DNA of 57,481 nt from a virus. The notes under the pieces are model-generated. The model made no database searches, was not told where the DNA came from, and worked only from the letters and a program-made list of their open reading frames with translations. How positions within the stretch are numbered: the stretch's first letter is position 1; every line of letters starts with the position of its first letter. The stretch spans positions 1-57,481 of the IMG/VR virus record IMGVR_UViG_3300045988_031383. The stretch is one strand, 5' to 3'. The position numbers were made by a program, and so were the translations under genes. Positions 9,801 through 18,427 of the stretch are shown here, piece after piece.

Positions 9801-11678
9801 GTAATGTACAAGTTAAGTACTCGTAATGGAGCATCAGGGGCCCTTAAAGATATTGGTTCCGCGCTTAAGACAGTATCGTCTTCTGCCCCTAGTGCTGCTT
9901 CTGATCTTGAGAAATTCGCATCATCATCTGAGAAGATTAAGTCGTCCTCTTCAGGAATGGCTAGCAATATTAAGAGCGTGGCAAACGCGCTTTCTAGTGT
10001 GGGACAATCAACAATGGGTGCTGCTCCTGGGATTATGGTTCTCGCCGCGGGTCTTGAGAAAGTGGCAAACACATTATCTCAATTCATATCTCGTATTACA
10101 GCAGTCGGTGCGTCGATGTCTTCTCTAGGAATGATGTTTACAACAACTGGATCTGCTGTAGCAAACCTTAGCACAGCATTCTCATCTATTTCTAACGGCA
10201 CAACGGCATTCGGTAATGCTATGAACCAAGCAAGAACTGCTCTTGCGCAATTTGGAGCTAGTGCTGCTGGATCTACTGCATCATTTGCGGTTCTTGGTAC
10301 TGCTATGACTATGGCAATGACTTTGGTCGTTAATGCTGTTAATAACGGTATGAACCAAGCTCGTGCAGCATTACAACAAGGCTTTGCTTTGATGGGAGCC
10401 GCTGCCGCAACATCTATGACTACTGTTGTTATGGCTGTTAATATGGGAATGTTGAGCGTCGTAAATGCTATCCGTACGAATATGGCTTCCGTATCTACTG
10501 TCATATCTACTGGTATGGCTCAAGCGGCAGCCGGTATGGCTAGAGGATTTGCTATGATGGGCACTAGTGCTGCTACATCTATGGCATTAGTCCGTACAAC
10601 AGTAATGACTGGTATGATGGGCGTTGTCCAATCCATCCAGAACTCAATGAACCAAGCAGCTATGGCTATGACGGCGTCTATGTCTAGAATAGCTCAAGCT
10701 ATTTCCTCATCTATGTCACAAATTAATGCTCAAATGAACATGTCTCTAAATATGATGAGAGCATCAATGCAAATGGCGTTTATGACCATGCAGATGACAA
10801 TCATGACAGCTATGATGCAAATGGCGAACCAAATCCGTAGCTCAAGCGCAATGATGCAAGCCACTATGCTCCAACTCGGAACACAAATGGTATCTGCTAT
10901 GCGTATGGCTATGGCATTGCTTAATATCACAATCTTGACTGGTATGATGCAGGCTGCAAATGGAGTTCGATCTGCTGCTGGTGTAGCTCATGCTGGTGGT
11001 GTATATGTCGGTTCGATGATTTCTCAAGGGGTTGCTGCTGGTATTAGAGCTCATCTGGGTTCTGTTATTGCCGCAACCAATGAAATCGTTGCTCAAGCCG
11101 AACGTGCTGCTCGTGCTAAAGCGAAGATCAAATCACCATCACGGTTATTCGCGGCCAATGTAGGTAAATATATTCCTCAAGGGGTTACTATGGGTATCAT
11201 TAAAGAAATGCCTAAGTCTATAGCTAAGATGTCTAAGGCATTCGGCGATGCATTTAGCGAAGTCGGTGGTAATGCTATCGACCATGCAAACTCAATGGCA
11301 ACTGCCGTTAGTGATGCTGTGAACAGCGTTGGACAATTGCTAGACGATTCGCTTGCCGATATGGACTACAAACCAACTATCACTCCTGTAGTCGATACTA
11401 CCAATCTTGACAAACTTCAAAATGGCAACATTTTACGGGCTATTGGAGTTGATGCAACTAATGTTCCACGTCCAGCATACCCTGGAGTACCTAGCTCAAT
11501 GCAATCAACCAACACAAATGTCTACGACAACTCTAATAAAGAATACTCTATTACTGTTAAAGTGGATAATGGTGGTAAACCAGTTGACGGTAAACAACTT
11601 GCTAGAGAAATTCAACAACATATTAAGGACTTTGACGATCAAGCTCGTCGAGGGAAAGGTGAAGAAGTATTATGGTGA
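3876..11678 (+). CDS. Tail tape measure protein (2600 aa)
   Basis: TP901-type TMP core: ..YADKTIYSFKDMTKNIGTFTAAGVGLDESATAIKGIGNLAAASGASTEDMSRAMYQLSQALASGRVGLMDWNSV... It is the largest ORF and lies between the chaperones and Dit. Confidence 0.95.
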   Translation: MAGYVDEKVAKVTLDNKSFTKNAKDTISALEKLKAAFSKLNGGNASKNIAKEMNAIPDAVSKSTTKSQGLLSKLKGLFTRSLDGINMSKAGKSIDQMNTDIADKTSKTSSILARLKSVFKKADSPEGLNNMSKSVDKMNSSIESASNRTGGILSKLKGLFRKADYDEGFPGATKSLDNLSKKASGGMLERALSGIKNMFRKADYDEGFPAATKSLDNLSKKASGGHLADALSGIKNMFRKADYDEGFPGATKSIDNLSTKVSKFDAGPISSSFEKASASVQKSITAMDIAMGQLLANGIQKAVGFGKKFFAGPVDGLGEYKDKLGSIQTIMTNTEWAIPDPTVRMRKVSSTLEQLNDYADKTIYSFKDMTKNIGTFTAAGVGLDESATAIKGIGNLAAASGASTEDMSRAMYQLSQALASGRVGLMDWNSVVNANMGGKLFQDALTEMGKKMGHARDETKAFRDTLKDGWLTADVLIATLKDFSVDQSMLDAAQKIKSFGQLVDTVQESIGSGWATSWEYLFGGFEEAKSLWTSVGEITQKYFDDAQGTYFDSVLEIERSLGNYRNAMLKTWKDMGGQEALFDGIKNSFEGIFKAMTNFREGFREVIGTYDQSAYRLLRITQGFRDFTASLKNNAAVHGLVISAGRLMGNIFMTVYAVLKRFHMGLKSTIGSFDGVILVFKRAADGISQFLSSIRSNFNVMSGIMNIGKAVGNVISTLGTLFKIAADLVFDFFKAFMPKGDGSGFKSFTEGLVDVTTKIRTFVEGLRGSIRQIGLFSTAAQIVSKVFENIKNAIQGLFHIKFDGGFLDGIFEGLKSFISNLTGISKPFAAIGNFLKGAFDNIINVVKKSYAVIKGIFKDLQLGDIIAAGLGLAALDKALQFKSGDGIIKKFLTGLMKPFKDFVKTGEEEMGKVSKIFNQLGETLNAFTNTVRAFTLITIAGALLILALAIARLSKIDIKDLSKGIIGMMVAFNALNKIMSNLSKLQGIPKSSVGTIIAVAIAIRILAGAMVELSKMNIDQAAAATLGLYALTKVFGSTLKMMEKIGKSKVGVFNMIAIAISLRILVSSVAKLAQYSPEQLVSSVLSVSTLLLALAGAMKIMDKVKINLRTSLGILTVVASLRLLVWSVKSIVALSPEQMISGISAVGALLLELSLAMRILNNVKIKMGAIGGLITLTLSLRVLIGGVKQLADMDPESLIKGISALGALLTELVLAARALKDIKIKFTTIATLLTFVFSITTLLKALSFIKSMDPGQFMGAIGGMSFVLAGLIAAAWALDGMNINLSSVAAVLSFAISMKMIGDELVKLAFIPWPALLASVLAMGAVMAGTVLAIRKLNQDKINTSTIVSLLAAAVLLQSVGSALSIVAKHNWQQILVAVGAIGATLGILVIAMKAVENVGLKGAGSILLLAVALNMLAIPIAVLSKLNLVGVGIGMLALAGNLAILLAAAAIAQFVAPGLALLASTMISFGVSSILASASIAIAGAGFLAFAMAVDTLAKSAPGAMAKVAKGFVEFITTIAQNAPKIVAAFVQLGHEFLKGLSILIPDFVKFGLKTVVGIINGIAEGMPQIFKAAVNLLMEFAKAFMENIDVIVQTGLQIAVKFIESLAKGLMQVKDRLIPALTDLFKVITDIVLGLLGNLIGPILEKLAEILTPVKDFILGALSEFATAIEPIFTPLMEALKVLFESLAVIIRSLADAIIAIVQSIAQVVQALAPVFITLFQTIQVVANDIVVIFQTIGQTITNVANAIVAVVQTIGQTIQVIFISIASIVNSVMQGIVGAINAFANVIRAVGEALKNVFVGIGQGIQAALQGVASVVESIGGAIKATFEGIGSAARGLGEGIQSALQGVSSIVESVGSAVKSALEGIGKAFEGAGKFAEGFGKGIEHVMNGVSKIVDSVGNAIKGIIEAIGHAFKDVGKGIELMGKGMKPIADHGLKAAAAITAVGLAVGGLGIASGTGNLNGFRADLDKLDTVMYKLSTRNGASGALKDIGSALKTVSSSAPSAASDLEKFASSSEKIKSSSSGMASNIKSVANALSSVGQSTMGAAPGIMVLAAGLEKVANTLSQFISRITAVGASMSSLGMMFTTTGSAVANLSTAFSSISNGTTAFGNAMNQARTALAQFGASAAGSTASFAVLGTAMTMAMTLVVNAVNNGMNQARAALQQGFALMGAAAATSMTTVVMAVNMGMLSVVNAIRTNMASVSTVISTGMAQAAAGMARGFAMMGTSAATSMALVRTTVMTGMMGVVQSIQNSMNQAAMAMTASMSRIAQAISSSMSQINAQMNMSLNMMRASMQMAFMTMQMTIMTAMMQMANQIRSSSAMMQATMLQLGTQMVSAMRMAMALLNITILTGMMQAANGVRSAAGVAHAGGVYVGSMISQGVAAGIRAHLGSVIAATNEIVAQAERAARAKAKIKSPSRLFAANVGKYIPQGVTMGIIKEMPKSIAKMSKAFGDAFSEVGGNAIDHANSMATAVSDAVNSVGQLLDDSLADMDYKPTITPVVDTTNLDKLQNGNILRAIGVDATNVPRPAYPGVPSSMQSTNTNVYDNSNKEYSITVKVDNGGKPVDGKQLAREIQQHIKDFDDQARRGKGEEVLW
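4059..4655 (+). repeat. About five tandem 40-aa coding repeats in the TMP N-terminus
   Basis: The unit ..LSKLKGLFRKADYDEGFPGATKSLDNLSKKASGG.. recurs. The last three copies are nearly identical at the protein level. Confidence 0.85.
6669..8400 (+). repeat. Degenerate repeats of about 58-60 aa forming a hydrophobic (predicted multi-helix membrane) block within the TMP
   Basis: Recurring ..SLR(I/L/V)L..V..LA...PEQL......LLL.L..AM.....VKI.. units run across roughly 570 aa. Confidence 0.7.
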
Positions 11679-12463
11679 TGCCTTTAAAGCCTGGATATTT
11701 TATGATCAACGGATACAAGTCTGAAGATTATCATGTATTTATCCAAGATCGACCAGATATAGAAACACCTAAACGACGTGTGACTTTCGAGTCACCAAAT
11801 GGCTACGAAGGAGAGTTGGCTTTTGACGATGAAGGTTATGAGCCAACCGAATTCGAGCTAAGCTGTTTCTATGACGGACGAAGTCATAATGACTCGGATC
11901 GAGATATTTCATTAGCCCGTAATAGAATCAATTTTCTATTTAATAATGGGATCGGTAACTGGATTGACTTTATTCCATATTTCGATCAAAGTCATATTTA
12001 CAAAGTTATCATGACAGAAATCACATACGAGAACAAATACTTCTATCAAGGTTGTATTTCGTTCAAAGTGAAACTTAAATGTCAGCCGTTTAAATATAAC
12101 GTTGATAACCAACCACGAGTTGTTACTTCTGGTGAGGTTATTGACAATCCTAATTTATATTTCTCCAGACCAACAGTACAATTCTCTGGAGTTACGGGTA
12201 ACTTGAAAATTTCTATTGGATCTACTGCTATGACAATTAAGGATATGCAAAACGAGACAATCGTCATTGATAGCACTCGTTATATTGTATATTCTAAGTC
12301 AGGATCCACGATCACAAACAAAAACAACAATACTGTGGGGAAAGAGTTCTTTAAACTTGAGCCAGGAAATGATCTCCGGACTAACCGGGTATATTTCACA
12401 GCCACTAAGGGTACTGCTCCGGCTACGATAACTCTAACCCCTAATTGGAGGGTATTAGTTTGA
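11672..12463 (+). CDS. Distal tail protein (Dit)
   Basis: The ATG overlaps the TMP stop (ATGGTGATG). ..GYFMINGYKSEDYHVFIQDRPDIETPKRR.. is typical of Sipho_tail family proteins. It immediately follows the TMP. Confidence 0.85.
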   Translation: MVMPLKPGYFMINGYKSEDYHVFIQDRPDIETPKRRVTFESPNGYEGELAFDDEGYEPTEFELSCFYDGRSHNDSDRDISLARNRINFLFNNGIGNWIDFIPYFDQSHIYKVIMTEITYENKYFYQGCISFKVKLKCQPFKYNVDNQPRVVTSGEVIDNPNLYFSRPTVQFSGVTGNLKISIGSTAMTIKDMQNETIVIDSTRYIVYSKSGSTITNKNNNTVGKEFFKLEPGNDLRTNRVYFTATKGTAPATITLTPNWRVLV

Positions 12464-15400
12464 GACCAATTTTATATGAACAGAACGAACGGGTCTTTGA
12501 TACTAATGGTATGGGGATCTTATACGACGCCATATCTGCAGAAGTCACTGAAGTTCGTAATGCAGAATTTGAGCTTGAACTAAAATATCCTGTCGGTGGA
12601 GAGTGGGCCCAAGCGCTCACTCAAAACCGTTATATTTTGGTTAAGCCAAACGACTATGATGAACCTCACGCATTTCGTATTTACGAGATTGAGAAAGAGG
12701 TTGATTCAAACCAAATTACGGTTAAGGGTGTTACTAAGACTGACGAATTGTCTGGTAATGTCATCAAACCACTCTCAATTAAATCTGCAACACCGTCTGG
12801 AGCTTGGGAACAACTCAAACGTGTAGCTGTGGATCCAATTGAGTACAACTTTATTTCCGATATTCAAACAGCAAAAGATACAAACATGGATATCCGTAAT
12901 GTGTTGAACGCTATTGCCGGAGAAGAAGGATCGTTTATTGACACTTGGGGTGGAGAAATTAAACGTACTAACAATACGATTTTCTTATATTCCAAACGTG
13001 GGAAAGATCATGTTACAACAATCCGACCTCGTAAGAATCTCAAGAATGTAAAAGTCAAATCGTCTATGGCTGGTAAATTCACTCGTATTTTACCTTATGT
13101 GACATTCACTCCTGAAGGCGAGAATGAACCAGAACAAGTAATCTATGGGGATATTATCAAGTCTCCACACTACGACGATTATTTCGTCAAACGTATTGTG
13201 CCTCTTGATTTGAGCTCGGAGTTTAACGACTCTTCAACGCATAAAGAGGGTGAAGAAGCCAAAAAGAAAGCTCCCACACCAGCTCAAGTTACAGCCAAAG
13301 CACAATCATATTTCACATCTAAGAACAAAGATGCTGATAAACCGGATTTGAGTGTCGAAGTTGAGATGATTCCTCTCCAAGACTCTACTGAATGGGATCG
13401 TCGGATCATTCAAGCTTTGGAGAAGATCCAACTTTGTGATACTGTTGATGTGTATGTACCGAAGATTGACTGCGACGTTACTGTCAAAGTCCGTAAGATT
13501 GTGTATGACGCTCTCCGTGAGCGAATCATCAAAATCGAGGCAAGTTCCAGTGGGTCTGGTCGAGCTAGCTTGGCTGATCAGCAGAAAGCCCAATGGCAAG
13601 ACTTGACAAACAAGATCGTCAACAATGCTCTCTACGGAGAGAAGGATGGGTTAATCCATACAATCCTAACCAGCGCTAACAACAAGAACAAAAACTTCTA
13701 TGGACCTGAGGAACCTCCTCGTGAGAAGGTATCCAAAGACGACTTGTGGTTTAAACCTGTTGGTGGTGAGGGCGAAGTTGAGATGTGGCGTTTTGATGGT
13801 GAGAACTGGGTTCTTGTCATCGACGCAAACTTTGGACAGAAGGTAACTGACAAAGTTAATGACGCTATTAACTCGGCTAAACAGGATATCAATGCCAATG
13901 TGCAAGCTACTGTTAACGCTGCTCTTGCTGATGCCGAGAAGAGATGGCGACCAGATCTTACCCCAATACAGAACGAGCTTGACGAGAAACTTAAGAAAAT
14001 CGACGACGACATTAATGTCAAAGTTAGTGATATTAAAGACCAACTAGCTTCCCAACTAGAACGAATCAAACCAGGAAATCCTAACTTACTTGATGGTACT
14101 TTGGAGATGAATAGTGGGGATGGTACCGATTGGAATGTTGTCCAAGGCGGCGGAGGAATGCAAAATGGCCAAATCCTCGGCGCTCGTAATATATTAATTG
14201 ACGAGATCGCAGGGCAACTGTACAATAACTATTTCAGTATGCCTTTTACACCTAAAAGTTATACAGTACCATATACTTGGTCATTCTTTGTTAAAAACAC
14301 AAGTACGAATAATGGTAAGATTAAGTTAACTCCATATTTTTCCGACACTAAAGTTACTGTCAACGGAGAGGACTTGGCACCAACTGGTGGTGAGGCTATA
14401 TTTGACGTTCCTCCTGGGACTGAGAAGTATGTGACAGTAACCTATCCTAGTCTTGGTAATAATGATATCCAATTACAAATCCGAGAAATCGGTCTACGTG
14501 ATGGCACAAACTTATACACATACAAGTGGAAAGTTGAAGAAGGGACCAAAGCTACTGGCTGGGTACCTAGTGCTGCTGATGGAGAACAGAAGTGGAAGAA
14601 TTACAAATCCACTGTCGACGGTGATTTGGCATCTATGAAGAGACGGATTACTGACACTGAGGGTCGTGTGACCACAAACTCCACTGAGATCCAACATCTC
14701 AATACTGGATTGGCTGCTAAAGCTGATCAAGAAACAGTAAACCATCTCGATGGCCAGATTGAAAGTGCTAAAGCAGAACTAAACTTGGTTCCAAACAAGA
14801 TTTCCACTGCTATAAGCCAATACAAGTCAACTGTTGATGGACAGATCTCGAAGGTGTCAACCTCTATTGACCAGAAGGCTAATGAAATCAAAATCGCTGC
14901 ACAAAACCTAGAGAAGAAGGTTGATGGGAATGCGACGAATACCGCTGCGGAACTAAGGGTTATCAAAGACTCAATTTCTGCTAAGGTATCTCGTACGGAT
15001 TTGGATACAGTCAGTGGGAAAGTTACTGCTGTTGAGACAAACTTAACTGCTAAGATCGACGGTATCAAGACTTCGGTCGACAAGGTTACTCGAGATGTGG
15101 ATGGTAAGATCACTTCCGCTGTATCCTCAGCTATCACTCAATCTGAGAACGGACTAAGATCTCAGATCAACTCGGTTAACGAGGCCGCTCAAATTGGTAT
15201 TGCGAATTTATCAAGCAATGCTATACCTAGTGCTATATCTAATGCCAAACAATACACCGACACCCAATTCAGTCAAGTGGATGGTAAAATCCAAACCCAA
15301 ATCAACACCAGACTAGTTGATTATGCTAGAACTTCTGATATTGCAACTCGGGTTACTCAGGAAGCCGGTCGAATCAAGACGGAATTAACATCGGTTATTG

Positions 15401-17544
15401 ACCAGAAAATTCCTAAGAAATACGGTAGTCGAAACTTACTCACTAAGACTAAGGAAGAAATCAATTTCAATGGACCACTTAAAAACCCACAAGATAATAA
15501 TGCCTGGGATGTAATTAGTGGATATTGGTTTATCGACAAAAAGACCCTAAAAGAACGTGGGTATAAAGTCGGTGACCGTATGAATATCCAATTCAAGACT
15601 CGTACGACCACTCCTGGTATCACATCCATGCGGGTTTCTCCTGAAGTTTATAGTGGTGGCGGTTATTTGCAATGGATTAATGGATCTAACCCATTTGGAT
15701 TACCACGAGAATACAACAAAGACGAATGGGATGTCTCTACGTCAGATACATACAAAACCAAAATTGGTTGGTTTAATATCTCAGAGAATTCTCTTAATAA
15801 CGGTATGCAAATCCGATTCCGTGTTGATGCCGGTAATAAAGCTGCTGGTACTGTTGTCGCGGTTGATATTAAAGATGCGATGATGTGGGATGGAGACTTA
15901 TGGACGGATTATGCTCCGGCATATGAGGATATTGACCTCGATTCGAGTGAGAAATTCCAAGAAGTCCTACAGACCGTTGATATTTACAAACGTACTCTCG
16001 GTACAACTCAAAACGGGATCACCACGTCTATTTCCCAGTTAATCCAGTCAAGTGATGAGATCAAAACAGTTATCACCAATGCGTCACAATCAACCGATAA
16101 CTTGATTGTCGATACGGACACATTCTTATCCGCAAAATTAAGTAACTTCACTAACGGAGTTGATGGATACACGACATCTACCAGACCTGGAAATTACGGA
16201 AGTGCCGAGTATTTCTATTTTTCTAAAGGCAGTTACGATGGAACATATTCAAACAATTCCGCATTTGTGTCATTACCTCTGGTTATAGACAAAATGGAAG
16301 ATGGTGATAAGTATACTTTCTATTGTAAATACCACATGGATGCAACCGGAGTTTATCGAGGCAATAAAGATATGAATGTCGAATTGCAAATCATCGATAA
16401 CAACGGAACGCCGGTATATACTAAAGGACTGACAGCACAACCTGGCTATCAATACCAAACCTATACCAAAGATACATTCGATGTAGTTGGTCAGCATATA
16501 TTCGATAATGTCAATGGATATAACGGACGATTCTCATTCCGAATCAAATTAACTGGTGAAGGTCGAATTGGTATTAAGGAGATTATGTTGGTACGTGGAG
16601 AAACTGTTGGACGGTACAAACCATCTGGTGGTGTATCCTCAACTATCATATCTCAAAAGAACGATGCTTGGGCATTAAGCCTATCCGGCCCTAAAGATGT
16701 AATCACTTCGATTAATGCTGATACTTCTGGCGTACGACTCAAAGGTAAAAGCATTGTTCTTGATGGTGATGTTATTGCTAACGGCACAGCATTTATCAAA
16801 GAGAGTTGGATTGAGGATTTGAATGCTAGTAAGATTACTGCTGGTACGATTAATGCTTGGCAAGTCAAGATTGTTAATATGGATGCAAGTAATATTGTCA
16901 CTGGGACTATGAGCGCCTCTCGACTTCGAGGCGGTGAACTTAGGTCGTTAAATGATTTAACAGTATTTGATCTCGAGAGCGGCGCCCTTAATTTATATTC
17001 TAATACAGGAACTATTCGAAGAATCGATGACACAAACTCCTCGCAATTTCTTAAGATGACAAAAAGTGGTTTTATTGCTGAACGATTTAGAGATAGTAAT
17101 GCTGCTCAGATTGTTCTAGGCACAAACCATGATAAAACGGAAAGCACTGAGAACGCAACCTTTTCTGGACTAAGAATTTATTCAGGACAAGGTAAAGGCT
17201 ATAAAGAATCAGCTTTCGAGATTGTGTCTGACCGTATACACTTTTATTCCAATGGAGAATATCGTAGTCCGTGGGTTTTACATAATAATACTCAAGATGG
17301 AATGTCATTTTTTATGCCTATGAATGAAAGAAGTATAAAACATTATCTAGGTCGTGGCGATAAGCTTTTTGAAGGAGTCTATACAAAGAATCTTTATTTA
17401 GGAACTGGTGGACTTAATGCTGGTGGTTATCTATGGGATTTATTGACATGCTTCGGTGTTATTAGATCATATGGATGGGATCTTAAAAGTAAAGCCATTC
17501 AAAAACATATCGGTGATGTGCTAAATAAATACCATTTTAAATAG
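12460..17544 (+). CDS. Tail-associated lysin-like protein / tail fibre fusion (Tal), about 1694 aa
   Basis: GGAGGG lies 7 nt upstream of TTG 12460, in a TTGA overlap with the Dit stop. The N-terminus RPILYEQNERVFDTNGMGILYDAISAEVTEVRNAEFELELKYP.. matches prophage-tail endopeptidase N-domains. It continues with long coiled-coil Thr/Ser/Asn-rich repeats and C-terminal ITAGTINAW..NIVTGTMSASRL fibre motifs. Confidence 0.85.
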   Translation: MRPILYEQNERVFDTNGMGILYDAISAEVTEVRNAEFELELKYPVGGEWAQALTQNRYILVKPNDYDEPHAFRIYEIEKEVDSNQITVKGVTKTDELSGNVIKPLSIKSATPSGAWEQLKRVAVDPIEYNFISDIQTAKDTNMDIRNVLNAIAGEEGSFIDTWGGEIKRTNNTIFLYSKRGKDHVTTIRPRKNLKNVKVKSSMAGKFTRILPYVTFTPEGENEPEQVIYGDIIKSPHYDDYFVKRIVPLDLSSEFNDSSTHKEGEEAKKKAPTPAQVTAKAQSYFTSKNKDADKPDLSVEVEMIPLQDSTEWDRRIIQALEKIQLCDTVDVYVPKIDCDVTVKVRKIVYDALRERIIKIEASSSGSGRASLADQQKAQWQDLTNKIVNNALYGEKDGLIHTILTSANNKNKNFYGPEEPPREKVSKDDLWFKPVGGEGEVEMWRFDGENWVLVIDANFGQKVTDKVNDAINSAKQDINANVQATVNAALADAEKRWRPDLTPIQNELDEKLKKIDDDINVKVSDIKDQLASQLERIKPGNPNLLDGTLEMNSGDGTDWNVVQGGGGMQNGQILGARNILIDEIAGQLYNNYFSMPFTPKSYTVPYTWSFFVKNTSTNNGKIKLTPYFSDTKVTVNGEDLAPTGGEAIFDVPPGTEKYVTVTYPSLGNNDIQLQIREIGLRDGTNLYTYKWKVEEGTKATGWVPSAADGEQKWKNYKSTVDGDLASMKRRITDTEGRVTTNSTEIQHLNTGLAAKADQETVNHLDGQIESAKAELNLVPNKISTAISQYKSTVDGQISKVSTSIDQKANEIKIAAQNLEKKVDGNATNTAAELRVIKDSISAKVSRTDLDTVSGKVTAVETNLTAKIDGIKTSVDKVTRDVDGKITSAVSSAITQSENGLRSQINSVNEAAQIGIANLSSNAIPSAISNAKQYTDTQFSQVDGKIQTQINTRLVDYARTSDIATRVTQEAGRIKTELTSVIDQKIPKKYGSRNLLTKTKEEINFNGPLKNPQDNNAWDVISGYWFIDKKTLKERGYKVGDRMNIQFKTRTTTPGITSMRVSPEVYSGGGYLQWINGSNPFGLPREYNKDEWDVSTSDTYKTKIGWFNISENSLNNGMQIRFRVDAGNKAAGTVVAVDIKDAMMWDGDLWTDYAPAYEDIDLDSSEKFQEVLQTVDIYKRTLGTTQNGITTSISQLIQSSDEIKTVITNASQSTDNLIVDTDTFLSAKLSNFTNGVDGYTTSTRPGNYGSAEYFYFSKGSYDGTYSNNSAFVSLPLVIDKMEDGDKYTFYCKYHMDATGVYRGNKDMNVELQIIDNNGTPVYTKGLTAQPGYQYQTYTKDTFDVVGQHIFDNVNGYNGRFSFRIKLTGEGRIGIKEIMLVRGETVGRYKPSGGVSSTIISQKNDAWALSLSGPKDVITSINADTSGVRLKGKSIVLDGDVIANGTAFIKESWIEDLNASKITAGTINAWQVKIVNMDASNIVTGTMSASRLRGGELRSLNDLTVFDLESGALNLYSNTGTIRRIDDTNSSQFLKMTKSGFIAERFRDSNAAQIVLGTNHDKTESTENATFSGLRIYSGQGKGYKESAFEIVSDRIHFYSNGEYRSPWVLHNNTQDGMSFFMPMNERSIKHYLGRGDKLFEGVYTKNLYLGTGGLNAGGYLWDLLTCFGVIRSYGWDLKSKAIQKHIGDVLNKYHFK

Positions 17545-17552
17545 GAGAATAA

Positions 17553-17804
17553 ATGAACGACGAACAACTATATAAAGAATCATTCGAAGAGTTATCTCTT
17601 GTATTATCGGATGCTATGAAAAACAACGCTATGCTTAAAGCTCAAGCGGAATTCTATATTTCTAAGGGTAAAGCTTTGTTTGAAGAAAATGAGCAACTTA
17701 GAAAAGAAAACCAAAAACTTGTTGATGAAAACAATCAACTCACAGAAGATCTGCGTAAACTAGAAGGTGAACCAGATCCACATGCTACGGAGGAAAATAA
17801 ATAA
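17553..17804 (+). CDS. Hypothetical coiled-coil protein in the tail module
   Basis: AGGAGAATAA upstream of the ATG. 83 aa with heptad-like EENEQLRKENQKLVDENNQL. Confidence 0.65.
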   Translation: MNDEQLYKESFEELSLVLSDAMKNNAMLKAQAEFYISKGKALFEENEQLRKENQKLVDENNQLTEDLRKLEGEPDPHATEENK

Positions 17805-18412
17805 TGGGTATTTATGGCGAATACAAAGTAACAAACGTATATCCTCGTTATGGTTCTGATGGAGCTGTCATTGGCACAGTTGTGTCCATCAAGCAAGATA
17901 ATCCATATTTTGCTGTCATGGACTACATCTTAAACGGTGACCAAACATCGAAAGACCATGATGATCTGTTGAAGCAAATCAAACGTCAGGAATTCTACAC
18001 GAATTTCTCAGAGTTTGCGCAACAAGAAATTGTTAAGGAGATTGACAATGCGAATACGAAATCCAACAGTAACGCAGAAGCCATTGAAAAGATCAACAAA
18101 CTGACTCATACAGTTATTCTCAATTCTGTAATGAGCGATGGTGTTAAATACGGTGTTGTCTACAAACAATTTGCAGAACAACTCCCTGCTGCTACAGATG
18201 GCATGAAAATCAAAGCCCAAGACATCTTCACAGTAAATGACCCAAGTCATACTGAGGTTGATGGCGAAGGTAAACTTGTCATCGTGCAAGCAAACCGTGA
18301 ATTCACATATGCTGGACAACCTGCTTCTGAATTCAAAGAAAACGGATATTTCGGACAAAACGGAATTGCCTTGTCATATCCATTCGCTAAGGAGAACACT
18401 CCTACACAATAA
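17804..18412 (+). CDS. Hypothetical structural protein (baseplate region)
   Basis: ATG overlaps the upstream stop (TAATG). 202 aa, lying between Tal and the fibre. Confidence 0.65.
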   Translation: MGIYGEYKVTNVYPRYGSDGAVIGTVVSIKQDNPYFAVMDYILNGDQTSKDHDDLLKQIKRQEFYTNFSEFAQQEIVKEIDNANTKSNSNAEAIEKINKLTHTVILNSVMSDGVKYGVVYKQFAEQLPAATDGMKIKAQDIFTVNDPSHTEVDGEGKLVIVQANREFTYAGQPASEFKENGYFGQNGIALSYPFAKENTPTQ

Positions 18413-18427
18413 CACAAGGAGGCTTAA

